A stretch of 64,000 bases of DNA from assembly GCA_001643675.2 (NCBI GenBank), contig LSRY02000046.1:730034-794033 (forward strand), read 5' to 3'. The stretch's first letter is position 1. The number at the start of each line of letters is the position of its first letter. Below the pieces are notes generated by a model that was not told where the DNA came from, ran no database searches, and worked only from the letters and a program-made list of their open reading frames with translations. Position numbers and translations under genes: made by a program. This document shows positions 36,854 through 50,000 of the stretch, piece after piece. Origin of the DNA: Monocercomonoides exilis PA203 (Eukaryota > Protista > Preaxostyla).

Positions 36854-39789
36854 ATGAGGACTATTGATTATATAAAATACTGTATTGAGCATAAATTGTA
36901 CAAAAATGCTGTGCTTTATGCAGAATGCATCCATTCGAAGTTTAATAGCAGCAATTCATTGTTCATTCTTGGAAAAACGCTTTTGGATGCTGGACGCTAC
37001 GATTCAGCAATTTCTCTTCTTAAAGAAAAGAAAGAATTACCATATATCAAAATACTAGCAAGTGCTTATTATCAGCTTGAGCAATATGACGACGTAATTC
37101 AATGCTTTGAAGATTCTGAAATTCCATCTCCATATATCATGTATTTGGATGCACCTACACTATTTTTTCTTGGAAAAAGTTTTAAGTTTGCATTTGTTAT
37201 AACATTTTGTATTTGTAATCTTGTTAATTTTTCCTAGGGGGCGAGGAAGATACAAAGACGCTGGAGATTGCTTTCGTAGGTGCCTTTCCTTAGATCCATT
37301 CAATTTTTGTGCGTATGAAGAACTTTGCTCCGTAGGAGTTTGCGACGTTAGTCCAGAAAAAGTGTTCACCAACCAATTGTTTCTTGACGAGGGATATACC
37401 ACACGCTTTGATTTCACTCCAATTTTAATACAAATGGCAAATGCAAAATGGCATATGATAACGTTTGATACTTTATTAAAAAGTATATTTTCATTTATAT
37501 AAATATAAATTATTTATCGAAATCAATAGATATCATTTGAGTGCTGTATTAGTGTGTTTATCTGAAGTTGCAAAATTCTTTTCTCAAAAACGGGATACAA
37601 AGGAACTTGAAGGCAAGGCATCTGAATCGTCTACTTCCGCTTCGGAATCAGCAAACGAAAGTCAGGAACTCAAAGAACTTACGGAATCCACAACTGCTGA
37701 TCGATTAAGGGCATTGCCACAACCACGGTCTCTGACGGAGTCAAATACAATGGAAGAAGACATCAGTCCTAATAGTCCAACTGCCGTTCCAAAGGCACCC
37801 GCTGCTCCTTTGGCTCCAACTCCATCTCCGCCTCCTTCGTCTTCCCCACCACAACCAATTCCAGAAGAGCAAGCACCGCCTCCACAGAATACGCAGATCC
37901 AGCAGCCACAAATCCTAAGTACCGAATCTCTTCCTATTGATGCGCCGTATGCCACTCCTATCAGCGCTGAAGACATTCAAAAAGTGTCCAGCCAGTCATC
38001 CGAAGAAGCGATGGAGATCGTCTCGAACACATCAAATGGCTGGGTGCTCGAGCAATACGGCCGGACTTACTATGAAATGGGGCAGTTTTTGAAGGTTTGC
38101 AGAGCTTTTATCGAACCGAGACTTTGAAGCACACGACCAATCTTTCAAATGAAATATCCCCATTATTAAATTTAAATTGATAATTCTATTATATTTTTTT
38201 TGAAAAAAGGCGAATGTCGCATTTACATGTCAGATGGAGGTTGCACCGCACCACAAGGAAGGACTTGAAGTGTTCAGCTCAACATTGTTTGAGCTTGGCC
38301 ATTCTTTGACGCTCTCCACTCTTTCAACTCTTGTACGCTTATTCAACTTCATTTGCATACATAAAATTTCTTATTTTTTATTCATTTTTTGAATTTGATT
38401 TTTCATTTTTATTTTCGAAACTTTCTTTTTTTTTAACCAATTTAAATTGACATTCTGTTTTATATTATTTAATTCTATTAATTTATTTTTCCATTTTTAT
38501 TACAAAACACTGTTTATTTTTAATTGTATTGCAAAAACAAATTTTCTTACCCATTTCTCCAAACTCTTTGCCTCATCCCCTCTTCTCATTACCTTTTTTT
38601 CCCCCCCACTCAAGTTGGCTGAGGAAAACCCCGACGGGTACGAAACCCTGATAGCCTGTGCGAACTACTACCTGATCACCGACCAGCGGCGCAAGGGGCT
38701 TCTCTGCCTGCAGCGGGCGTGCTCGCTCTACCCAACGCGGATGTACCCTTTCCTCCTCGCGGCACACGAATGCAGTGAAGACGGGAATTTCCCCCTGGCG
38801 ATTGCGCTGTACCGCCAGGCGCGCCTGCTCGATCCGATGTCCCCCCGCGTGCTGTTTGGACTGGGCGCTGTGTATCACCTGACACTCAGAGGGGGCAACG
38901 CAGAGGCATACTTCAGACAGGCAGCGACGATCCACCCGAACTCAGCGGCGATCCTGTACCGCCTGGCGTCTTCCATCCTCGACAACACGAAAGCCGATCC
39001 CACCGAGCACAAGGACGAGGACGAGGAGTCCGACGCGAAAGAGGACGAGCAGGCAAAGGCGATTAAAAAATCTAAGTGCCTCGAGGTTTGATCAGCTAGC
39101 AAAGATGTATAACATAGAAATCCTTCTTGTTTTTTGCCTTCTGTGTGATCGATGTTAATTGTGTGTTTCAATTGTTCTAATTAGGCACTGGCGATTCTCA
39201 ACCGGGCAGTTGAATTAGAGCCAAATAATATGCTGATACTGGCGAGAAGAGCGTCTCTCTATCTCAATTCGGCAATCGGGGAATATCAGGCATGCAAATT
39301 TGTAACTTTGATTTTTGAATAAAAATATTTTATTTTTTTAAAATCCGAAAATTCTCGATGTGACTTGCTTTGTATGTCTGGAAATATGCGTGTATATAAT
39401 AACTGTGAATTATAATCAATGCATTTGCGCATACTTTTTTTTTGATTGCGATATTTTCTGTCAAACAGGAGGCTGTTAACGAACTAACATCCATTCTCCA
39501 AAGTAAGCCTAATGATTCGCTGCTCCATTATCTTCTAGGAATAGCTTATTATAATCTTGGGAATAAAGAAGAAGCTTTGAAAAGCTACGAAAAAGGTAAC
39601 GAAACTAATTTTTTTCAAATATATGTCAACAAAAACTTTGATTTTGGGTTTATCGATTCAAATAATAATAATTATTATATGCTCATTGATTTTTTGCAAA
39701 ACCTGCTGTTTCTAGCATGTGATCTGGCGCCAGAAGATGAACTGTATGAGGATGCTTACTTAAGGCTCAACGCTGAGCTGAATCCGTGA
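36854..39789 (+). CDS. CDC27: Anaphase-promoting complex subunit 3 (Cdc27), TPR protein, 8 exons
   Basis: Predicted introns 37186-37237, 37463-37529, 38095-38209, 38334-38614, 39087-39184, 39290-39468 and ~39596-39714. Motifs YKNAVLYAECIH...LFILGKTLL, CLSLDPFNFCAYEELCSVG, GWVLEQYGRTYYEMG and EGLEVFSSTLFELG parallel Cdc27, including the central disordered linker. Confidence 0.8.
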
Positions 39790-40035
39790 TGAATAGAGAC
39801 ATTCTAAGTTTTTCACTTATCATTCTTATCCTTTGTCATTCTTTAATATAACCTCGCTATCAATCATTCATTCATATATATGTCGGTCTTCATCTTCTTT
39901 GCGTTTTTGACAATCGATTTTTAAACTTTAATTGATATTTTTCACAACATGTACTTTTCTGTTTGTTCATTTCACGCGAAATAATGAGATAACCTTGTAA
40001 TTTTGAATGCTTTATTTGAAGTGAAGTGAAAAGAA

Positions 40036-41127
40036 TTAGACGTGTGATCGATCAAACAAAAGGAAGAGAACAACGACCACTGAAACAAAAAGAGTTGCAA
40101 TGGTCATGAATGATACCGTTTTCATGTCGCTGACATCTCCAACCGGCAGGCGAAGTGTAGTTGTTGGATAAAATGACGAAGACCTTTCAGATTCTTTCAC
40201 TCCGCTCAGCTTAACGTTGTTATCCTCCAGAATTTTCCATCCTTTTGATTGAAGAAGATCAGATAATGCAGCTGCTTCGCTGTGCTGTAAGTAATATTTT
40301 GAAGTGTCCTTTTTAAATGTGAAGAACGAAGAATTTGAAGGGAGAAGAGATTGAAGTGTCACCCCTTCTTCAAATGATGAATCATCAAGGGCATTCTTCA
40401 CAGATGTGCATCGTGAATAGAATAAAGGGTATGGCGTTAAAATTATGGGCTCATATGGACGAACGACGTCATTGCATTCTTTAGAATTCTGATATCTGAT
40501 GTGAATTGGCAGCTCCGAATGATAGATAAATGTTCTAAGTGGAAAAAATGAATATAAACCGAGAAATGCTTCATAAATATAATTCAAACTCAAAATTCTT
40601 TTTTTCTACTGTTTGTTTTGTAACATTAAAAACTGAGAGAAGAGATACAATCTGGGAATCGTTTTTCAAATGAACATGTTCCATTTCTGGAAAAATTGAA
40701 GGATCAAAATATCGTTTAGGTTTTCCTTTTTGTTCATGAAGCGTCTTGAATATCATACATAATATAAATTATATTAAATAGTTTTTATTATAAATTATTC
40801 ATACATTTAGTTCATATGGATTAAGATAAAATTGATGGTCAAAAATTTCGTGTGCCACAATTTGACACTAATTGTTAAATTTTGAATAAGTAAATAATCT
40901 AGAAGACTTATGCGGATATGAGTGTACATACGTGTTCCTTTTCAGCATCATATGGAGATAGTACCAAGTCCATTTCAATAATATGATGATATCCATGTTT
41001 TGGGGTTGCCCAAATTGTTTGTTTCAACTGAAAAGTGTACGCATAAATATTACTTACAAAAGCAACTTTTTAAAACCTCTATTGAACGAGCATTTAAGAT
41101 GTAAAACAAGAAACAAAGAAACATCAT
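40036..41127 (-). CDS. PIGX: GPI-mannosyltransferase I stabilising subunit PIG-X/Pbn1
   Basis: N-terminal hydrophobic signal (MMFLCFLFYILNA), FYLNPYEL motif, ELPIHIRYQ, LRLPVGD and a single C-terminal TM helix (TIATLFVSVVVVLFLLF). Several small introns; internal junctions were not fully resolved. Confidence 0.72.
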
Positions 41128-41271
41128 TGTGAGAAACGATTACACTAATTACGATCAATAATGATTTTTTTCTACTTTGTTTATTGTAATATGTAAAATA
41201 AAAAGGAATTAGGATGGTCATGTAGTTTATTTATCTTGTTCCATACTTTTTGTTTTATTTCTTTTAGGAAT
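41128..41271. promoter_or_regulatory. Putative bidirectional promoter shared by PIGX and UTP15
   Basis: Divergent start codons at 41127 (-) and 41272 (+) are only 144 nt apart in AT-rich DNA. Confidence 0.5.
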
Positions 41272-43560
41272 ATGTCAGCTTTTCCAAAGCTTGTGCCTCC
41301 TTATCAGGTTAAACAACCAAATCCAGTTTTAAGTGAGGCTAGTTTTTGGACAAGCTTGGGGGTGTCTGCTGTGAAAAAAACTAATTCTCCTCCAATTTCA
41401 CTTTCTTTTAATAAAGCACATAACGATTTGATTCTCTCTGTATCAGCTAGTAGCGTGGATGTGATAGACATCAGTTCAATGGAGAATGTGTTTTCTTTGA
41501 ATCTAAAAAATGCACTTCCTCGTTGCGCAGTTTATCGTCCAGATGGAAAAATAATTGTTGTTGGAACGGATACAGGGATGCTATTGGTTTATAATGCATC
41601 AACTCGAAAATTGCTACATAAAATAAAGGCACACGAAGGACCTTGCAGAGTTGTTGTTTTCACTGAGGACAAGAAGAAAATGATATCAGGGGGAGATGAT
41701 GGAATCATTAAAATTTTCAATTCAGAAACTTTTATGATTCTTGGATCAGCAGAAGCTCACTCAGATTATATCAAAAGTATTGCTTGCAATCCTTCATGTG
41801 CACATATTATTGCAACAGCAAGCTATGATCGCAAAATTTGCCTGTGGAATTTGAGAGAAATCGATTCAGGAGAGCCTTTGTGCCAACTGGATCACAAAGA
41901 TCCCGTGGAGTCAATTTGTTTTTTGCCAGGTGGGACAATGCTTGCTTCGACAGGTTTGATAATTTCATTTTCATTTTCATTTTCTTTTCACATTTTAATA
42001 AAATAATTCTTTTCATTTTTCATAGCGAAAAATAAAATCAACATATGGGATTTGCTTTCTTCTCCACCTCGCGTCATCAAAACTGCCAAGTCTCACAACA
42101 AGACAATCACTTCTCTTATGCTGATGAGCAGAAGTCGCTCACTGCCAGCAGATAAAGCTGTACAAAATCTTCCTCCTTTGTCTCCAGATGCACTTTGCTC
42201 TGGTATCCTTCCACCGCACCTGAAAATGCACACACTGGAGGAAGTATTTGCTGGCTCACCATTTCGTCTGTGCAGCGTCAGCCTGGACGGAATAATGAAG
42301 ATCCATTCCCTCGAAACAATGCAAGTCACTGCGTCAATAGCTTCTCCTCTGATCGCAGCACCAGCTTCTTCATATCCCAATTCCACGAAGCCTGTGATGA
42401 TCCGCGGATCCATCGTCTGCGCTGCCCGCAGCAGCGACGAAAAATCAGTTGTGTTTGGCTTTGCAGAGGGAGGGGTTGCAGTGATGAAGCGCAAAGGATC
42501 CGATTCACGCACAGAAATTAGCAAACGTCTCTTGGAGCCGCGAAAGGCAATGGAACTTGAAGACTTGGGAGATGAGGAAGGAGCAGTAATTGGCATGGGA
42601 GAGAAGAGGAAGAGACAAGAAAGGGATGCCGATGGAAAGCCAATTGACTCGTGGACAGCAATGATGCGATCGATGGAACAGGATTCTGCTTTTGGTGAAG
42701 AAAAAGCACAATCTTCGACATCTGCATCATCAGGAGCATCAACACCATCAGGAAAATCTTTTCTTTCAAGGCAATCACAAAAGAAGCCTACAGTTTCCAG
42801 CGATGCCATCACAGTCATTCCCGACATGTCTGACAGACGACTGCGTCCTTCTGGAGCCAGCGCTACGCCACATGGCGCATCGATCTTTGGGAGGGGACAT
42901 CACCATCTATCACTGGCAGAGAACCTGCTGAGGAACTTCAGACATCACGAGGCGTTGGACACAGCCATCTCGTCGCCTGCACCTGGGCTGGCAGAGATGA
43001 TGTTTGCAGAGCTGAGCAGACGAGGGGCACTTCGGAAAGCACTTCATGGAAGAGATCCTGCTTCAATGGCACCGATTGTGGAGTGGCTGAGCAGAAACCT
43101 GGTGGGAAAGCGGATGACTGCAGCAAGTCTGAAGAAGAGGAGAAGTCTGCAGAACAGAGGAAAAGGAGATGATGAGGCCATTGTCCTTGATGCGATTGGA
43201 GTGATGGAGACTCAGCTGGCAGATGAAGGAGACGCTGAAGGCAGTGATGAATCACAACCGACTGGAATTGATAAAAAAGGAGAAGGCAAAAAAGAAAGCA
43301 TTTCGGGAAGCAAGAAAAAGGATGAGATTGCCGTTTCCTTGCTGACATCACTGAATCAGCAGCAGCCTGTATCAATCTCATCATCGCTGATGGAAGCTGC
43401 TGCTATTGTTGTGGACGAGTGTCAGCAGATGGCTGGACTCAGCGTGGTGCTTGATGAAGCACTGGTCAAGCTGCGGATTGTGGTGAATGCTGAGGTTGCA
43501 CTTCAGAACGAACTGCTTCAGCTGTCGGGGATGATCGATGCTGTGCTTGGACCATCATGA
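41272..43560 (+). CDS. UTP15: U3 snoRNA-associated protein 15 (WD40 plus UTP15 C-terminal domain; ~738 aa)
   Basis: Exons 41272-41953 and 42026-43560. WD repeats (YRPDGKIIVVG, AHSDYIKS, ATASYDRKICLWN, DHKDPVESICFLPGG, SHNKTITSL, SVSLDGIMKIH) and the UTP15_C signature LRNFRHHEALD...ELSRRGALRKALHGRD...LLQLSGMID. Confidence 0.9.
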
Positions 43561-43877
43561 AATGGGCTCATTTCTTTTCTCTCTTTGAAAGTTTTGCGTC
43601 TTCTGTATTTATTTAACTTCATGAAAAGATTTAATCATTTCCCTATTTTCTCAATTTCACTTCAAAATTCACTTCACTTTAAAAACGAAAAATAAGACGG
43701 TGAAAACAAAATAAGAAAATAAATTCCAAACAACCATCAAAAAGAAAACAATCAGCAGCAGAAGTGAATACGAAGTGATTTTAATTTTGAAATGGTTAAT
43801 CAAAAGTTCAACAGAACATAAAAAGTCAACAAATAACAATTCAACACAGAATAAATAAAATTCAATATTCAACACAA

Positions 43878-46681
43878 TCAAACACTTACTTTAGAAGATT
43901 TGCATTTTTCAAGTAATTTGTGAAGCGCATTAACTCGCATGTCAATATCCCTTGATACGAGAAATATAAAAATTAAAAATAAAATTTTCATTATGAGAAA
44001 ATAAACAACTGATGCATACTCCAATGTATTTTGGGCGCTCTTCTTCACTGGGGATCCTGAGAATATTCAATTTGGTATTTTTTTAAAAAAAATGCGACAT
44101 AAATAATTATTGATGAATTGTTCAAATAGAACTGTGCATACTATTTTCGCTTTTCTGTTTTTGGGTCTCTTTATCTTTTGCAGGTTCTTCAACAGGATCG
44201 TCCACCCCTTTCCATCCTTCTTCCAATCGCTTCAACTTTTCCGCTTCTCTTTTCTCTTTCTCTTTCCTCTTCTTGCTGTCTTGCTGTCTTTTGCTGCGAG
44301 ATGTGGTTTTTTCTCTTCTCTCTCTTTCAAAGTCCGAAAGATCTTCTTCATTATCGTCAGTTTCATAACCATCATCATCATCTTCTTCTTCTTCTTTTCT
44401 TTTGTCTTTCCTTTCGTTTCTGCTTCTTCCACTTTCGCTCCGATAAACTGGCTTTTCTCTTGCATTATTATAATCGTAATCTTCTTCATCTCCATTCTCT
44501 TCTTCATTCTCTTCATCTTCATTGAAGGAATGCTTCTTTCTTCGTCTTTCACTCAACTTTACAGAATGATGTGAATACTCATCTTCATCTCCTTCAGCTT
44601 CGCCACTTCTGATTGAACTTGTTGAAGTCGATCTTCCTTTTGCTCTGCTTCTGTCCTTTAAAAGTCTCTCTCTTTCGCTTTCTCTCAATCGTCTTCTCAC
44701 TCGTTCCTCAACTTCTGTCTGCTTCTTCTTTCTCTTTTCGAAATCACTAAGTTCCGATTCATCTTCGCTTTCACTGATTGAAGTATTGCGTCGAGATGAA
44801 ATTGTTCTTTTTGTTTTCCTGTCATCCGATTGAGGAGATGGAGACAAAGCACGAGGCGATATTTGCTGAGGCAATGATTCTCTTTTCTTTCTTTCACTAT
44901 TTATGCTTTTTGTGCTTCTGATGCTTCTTTCTGTTTGAGATGCTGGCGATGCTTCTCTTGCAAAACGAGAAGAATTCTTTGTTTTTGGTGTATTGCTACT
45001 ACGGTCACGTGTCGAACGTGATGGAGTTGTTTTAGCTGGACTCTCTTTCAAGCGGTTTGATGTTGCCTTGTTTGAAGGAGTTGGATGCGCAGAAAGTGTC
45101 GATAAAGGACGAGGAGACGAGCTTCGACCTCTGGAACTAGAAGCATAAATGAACAAAGAACAAAAATAAATAAATAAATAAATTCAATGTATTTACTCAT
45201 TATCTTTCAAACCTTCCAACAGATAGTCTTCTTCTTTGTTGTTCAGAAGGTGATGGAGATACTGACCCAACTCTTTGAGAACGCTTTGTAGCAGATTTTG
45301 GAGCACGAGAAGGAGAAGGAGAGATAGAAATTGATGAAGAGCGACGTCTTGTTTGAGAAATGGATGAAGGAACAGTGCTAAGCTGAGAGTTTCGTGAAGT
45401 GAAAGAGCGTTTTGCAGAAGCAGAAGAAGATGATCGATGAAATGCAGAAGGAGAAGGAGATCTTGATGATGGAAGGAGCCTGGGCGGAGGAGGTGTCTGA
45501 AAACGACGAGAACGAGAAGCAGCTGAAGAAGGAGCAGAGTTGTGTGGGGTTGAAATGGAAAACGAGGAATAAGGAGAACTTCGACTGCGAGGTGTGAGGG
45601 GCCGGCGCTGAGATGGAGATGCAGAAAATGAACGATGAGATGATGGAGTGACGGAAATTCTGAATGAACATGCGAAATAAACAAGAACAAGCAATTATTA
45701 ACAAAAACACAATTCAATGAACCGTAGGGCGAAAGTTTATTTTTCAAAAAACAGAAAAAAAAAGCAATTCAAACTTCAACCGTCTGGATAAATCAGTAAC
45801 TTGTTTTTGTGTCTCTTTCAATTCCAGCCTTGTTTTGAGAAGCTGCTTTTGTGCCTCTCGTTCACTTTTCTCTAACTCCACAACTTGCATTTCTAAATCT
45901 GCGCATCTTTGCCTCAACTTTCTTGAGTCGTCATTCTTTCTTTTTGACAAAATCTCTTTCATTTCCTTTTCTTGTCGAGCAACTTGTGAGTGAGATTTTG
46001 CAAGCTCGCTTTCCATTTCTTTCACTCTCTTTTTAAGTTCAGCATTTTCTCTTTTTATTTTGCTAACAGAAGACATTTGCTGATGCATTGCTTGAAGTTC
46101 TGATTTTAACTGTTTAACAGTCAAAGCCATTGATTCTTCTGTTTGCTTTCCTTCAAAAGCAAGGCAAAGTACATAATGAACTCTTCAATCAGGAAAAGAA
46201 AGAAACGTGAATAATTATTCCGAAAATAAAATGTTAACCTGTCATATTCCGTCGAGTAAGAAAGAATCAAGAAAAGTGACTTTGTTGGAGGCGGTTTTGG
46301 AGGAGCTGAAGATTTTGACTTTTTCATTTGAAGTTCCTGAAGATCAGTGTGAGTGAGTAAGTCAATGCTTAAAGAACTATCTGTCTGTTGCAAAGCACTC
46401 TGAAGCATTTTCACGAACACATGATATTTTTTTGTGCTTCCTGCATTTAAGGAAATTTCTTCCACCTCTAACGTTAATCAGCAAATATGAAATACAAAAA
46501 AGATTTCAATCCAATATGAGTGAGAAAATAATAAACCTTTTGGAGCAAAAGAACCTTTCCAATTATCCTCAGAATCAACTTTTTCCACAAAGATAGTCAG
46601 CGAAGTGGTTGTAGCGGTTATAGAAAGGCGATAAACAATAGATTCTTTCTCGATTTCAAATGCTTCATCAACAATTTCCAT
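43878..46681 (-). CDS. CCDC61: Coiled-coil domain-containing protein 61 (VFL3; SAS-6/XRCC4-like head, basal-body protein), 7 exons
   Basis: Exons 46537-46681, 46239-46467, 45775-46182, 45213-45659, 44133-45136, 44020-44056 and 43878-43950. Motifs WKGSFAPKEVEEISLNAGSTKKYHVFVKML, IDLLTHTDLQEL, LFLILSYSTEYDRVHY and C-terminal EDIDMRVNALH match CCDC61. Confidence 0.85.
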
Positions 46682-47012
46682 TTAATTAGAAGAAAAATGC
46701 AATAAAGATTTGAAGTCTAACCATTACAAAATATATCAGATATCAAAAAAGCTAAAAATGCAAAAAAATAAATGCAATTTTTATTTTAAAACGAAATGAA
46801 TCCAATTTACATAGTTATGATAACTATCAAAAATATGAGGTGTCCGCATAAAATAATATTAAATTAATCAATAATTAACTATAATCATTTATAAAAATGA
46901 GTGAAATGAGGCGCTGGAGGATGAATATAATAAGTTACTCAGTTTTCAAACCAGAAAGAGTTGTGCTGAAAATTCCTTAAAGAAGAAAAAGAAGAAGATA
47001 CAATAAAGAAGA

Positions 47013-50000
47013 CTAATCCGTTTCAGAGCGAGGAGATGAAACCATTGATTCTCTTTTCCCCTCTTCTTCACCAACTTCAGATTTTTCTTCCTCCTTTGCC
47101 TCAATCTGATAATCTTTCTTTTCACCTTCTGGCTGAATTTCATTGCTCTTTCCCATTTCTTCTCCATTCTCGTTGTTTTCACTTGCTGTTGGAGCAACTG
47201 ATGTTTCAGAACTTTCAGTTCTGTCTTTGTCACTGATTGGCAGAATTTGCTCAACAGACACTGCTTCTGCTTCTTTCTCTTCTTCTTTTTGGCTTTCATT
47301 CTTTTCTTCTTCTTCTTTTTCATTTTCTTTCTCTTCTTCTTGTTTCTCTTCCTTTTCCTCCTCTTTCTTATCTTCCTTTTCTTCTTTCTCTTCTTCTTTC
47401 TTTTCTTTCTCTTTCTCCTCCTCTTCTTTTCTTCTCTCCTTTTCCATCTGATGCTCACTCATTGATGATGATGCTGAAGTGGGTGAGGCAGAAGAAGCAG
47501 GCGAAGGAGAAGGCATTTGCGACTCCATCAATGGCGATGCCTCTTCATTCAATTTGGAAGAAGATGTTGCTTCTTCTTTATCTCCTTCTTCTCCTTCTTT
47601 TTCTTCTTTTTCTGGTTCTGATGACTCTTGTGTGGTTGATTCAATCGGAGATGATGAAGATTGAGTAGAAGAAGAAGAAGAAGTTGAAGAAGAACAAGAA
47701 GAAGAATCTGTTGAAGCAGGAGCATTCAATCCAAAAGCACATCTTCCATCATCTGCATATTCCTCATCGGATGTCTTGTCAGCTGATATCTTCCTTTGCA
47801 CTTCTGCCTCCCACTCTTTGTCTGTCAGCCTGTTCTCATACTCTATCTCACTCTTTTCTGATGAAACTTTTGCTTCTGATTGAGTTTCTTTTACTTCTTT
47901 ATTGCTTGGAATTTGATCATTTGAAGAGGAAGAAGAAGAGGAAGAAGAAGAAGCTTCAGATTGTTCAACATCTTTTTTCTTCTCCATTCCATCTTTTTCC
48001 CCTTCTTTCTCTTTCTCCATCTTCCTCTTCTTCTTCAGCGCATCCTTCGCAACTGACAGCATCAGGGTGATTCTGTTCGCCTGATTCACTTCCGACGCCG
48101 AGGTGTCGAAATCAATCGGCACAATATTCACACCCGGATATCTGCCCCTCAGATACTTGATGAACCCTCTCCCTGTGATGTGATTGGGCAAGCAGCCCCA
48201 CGGCTGCAGGACAAGAATGTTCGGACAGTCCATCATTGTGATCATCTCCACCATCTCTGCCACCAGCAGCCATCCTTCGCCCCACACCATCAACGGGGAG
48301 CAATGAGGTGACACAAGATCAACCAGCTCTTCGGCTTTTGAAAAATGGTCAAATCTCTTCGACTTGTGCAGCATCTCCCGAATCGGCTCCAGAAGCGAAG
48401 AAATATACCACAGCGCAAACTTCGAGACCAGCTGCTTCGGAAGCGCTTTTCTCAGCAGTTTGTGCAAAGACACCTCGTCCATTGCACAATACCCCACAAA
48501 ATCGATCATTCCCAAGCACACCGCCTCTGCCCCGCTCATCTCCAGCTGATCGATCAGATAGTTGTTGAGAGAAGGCCTCAGCTGCACCCCAATCTCACCC
48601 ACAATGCCTACCCTTGGCTTTCTCGGCACATCCAGCAATGGCAACTGCTCAAAGCGGGTGATTGCTTCCTTCGCCCACTTTGTGAATGCACTGAAGGATG
48701 TCTCCTTCGCCAGCCATGTTCTCCCCTTCTCCATCATCTCCACACACAGCTTGTTCGCTGAATCCTTCTCTGCCTCATACGGACGTGTTCTAAGCAGCAG
48801 CCTCTGCAGCAGATCGCCCATCACAAACACAAAAGCCGCGTCTCTGTATATCCCCACCGACATCTCCAGTGCTGGGTGATGACCATCAAACTTGTCAACC
48901 GTTGTCAATGGCACAACTGGAATGCGTGGATACCCCATGTCCCTCAGTGCCCTCCTCAGACACGAGAGATAGTTCGGGGCGCGGCACGCAGAGCCTGTCT
49001 GAGTGAGCATCAGAACAGCACGTGAAGGGTCGAAGATGCGTGGGTGGTTGGGTGCAAACAGGGCATGCAGAAACACACCCAGGAAGAGGTGGGCGGGGAT
49101 GCAGAGGTCGTTGTGGAGCAGAGAAAGAGAGGTCTCATAGACATCTGCGGGGGAGCCGACAGGCACGGTGTATCTGCAGAGCACTTCTCTATTGCCTGCA
49201 GGTAGCCAAGAAGGAGGTGTGGCCTCTGGAATGAACGTTACGTGGCCTCTCCTTCTCAGCACAGTGACAATGAACGGGTTCGAATAAGGGGACATTGTTG
49301 GGCAGAGCAAAGTGTGGTGCTGCATCATCGCTTTTGTGTAGAGTGGAGTCACAAACAGCTCAGAGCCGCTGTGTGGGTAGCCATACGGGCCAAGATGCTG
49401 CGAGCGGGGATCTTTCCTTTTGAGCGCATTCTTCCGCTTCTGCAGCTGAGCAGGGGTAAGGCCAGAGGGTGAGGCAGAGGGGGAAGGGGTGGGAGTGGGG
49501 GTGTTGGGGTCAGGAATGAATGAGGGGCAGGTCTCGTTTGCAAAACAGGCTTTGCAGCGATCTGCGGTGCAGCTGTCAAGAGATTCGATGTCGCTGCTGA
49601 GGGGAAGAGAAAGAGAGAGAGAAAGAGATTCAGATGAAGAAGAAGGAGAAAGAGAGGATGAGGGTGAAGCTACATATGGAGTGATGATGAACGTGGAAGG
49701 ATCAGAAGAAGAAGAAGAAGATGATGTTTGTGTCTCAATTGGTCGTTTCAGCCATTCAAATCCTTTGAACGTGAACACTTTAGTATTTCCGTCAACAGAT
49801 TGTTCAGTTGTTGAAGCTGATTCTGTTGAAGAAGAAGAAGAAGAAGATGATGATGATGACGATGATGAAGCAGAAGCAGAAATATTTTCTGTTTTTGCAT
49901 TTTCACTCTTCTTTTCATTCTTCCCTTTTCCTTCTTCTTTCTTTTGTGCCATCGCATCTTTCCTTATCTTCTCCTTCTGCTTCGCCAGCTCCTCAAACGC

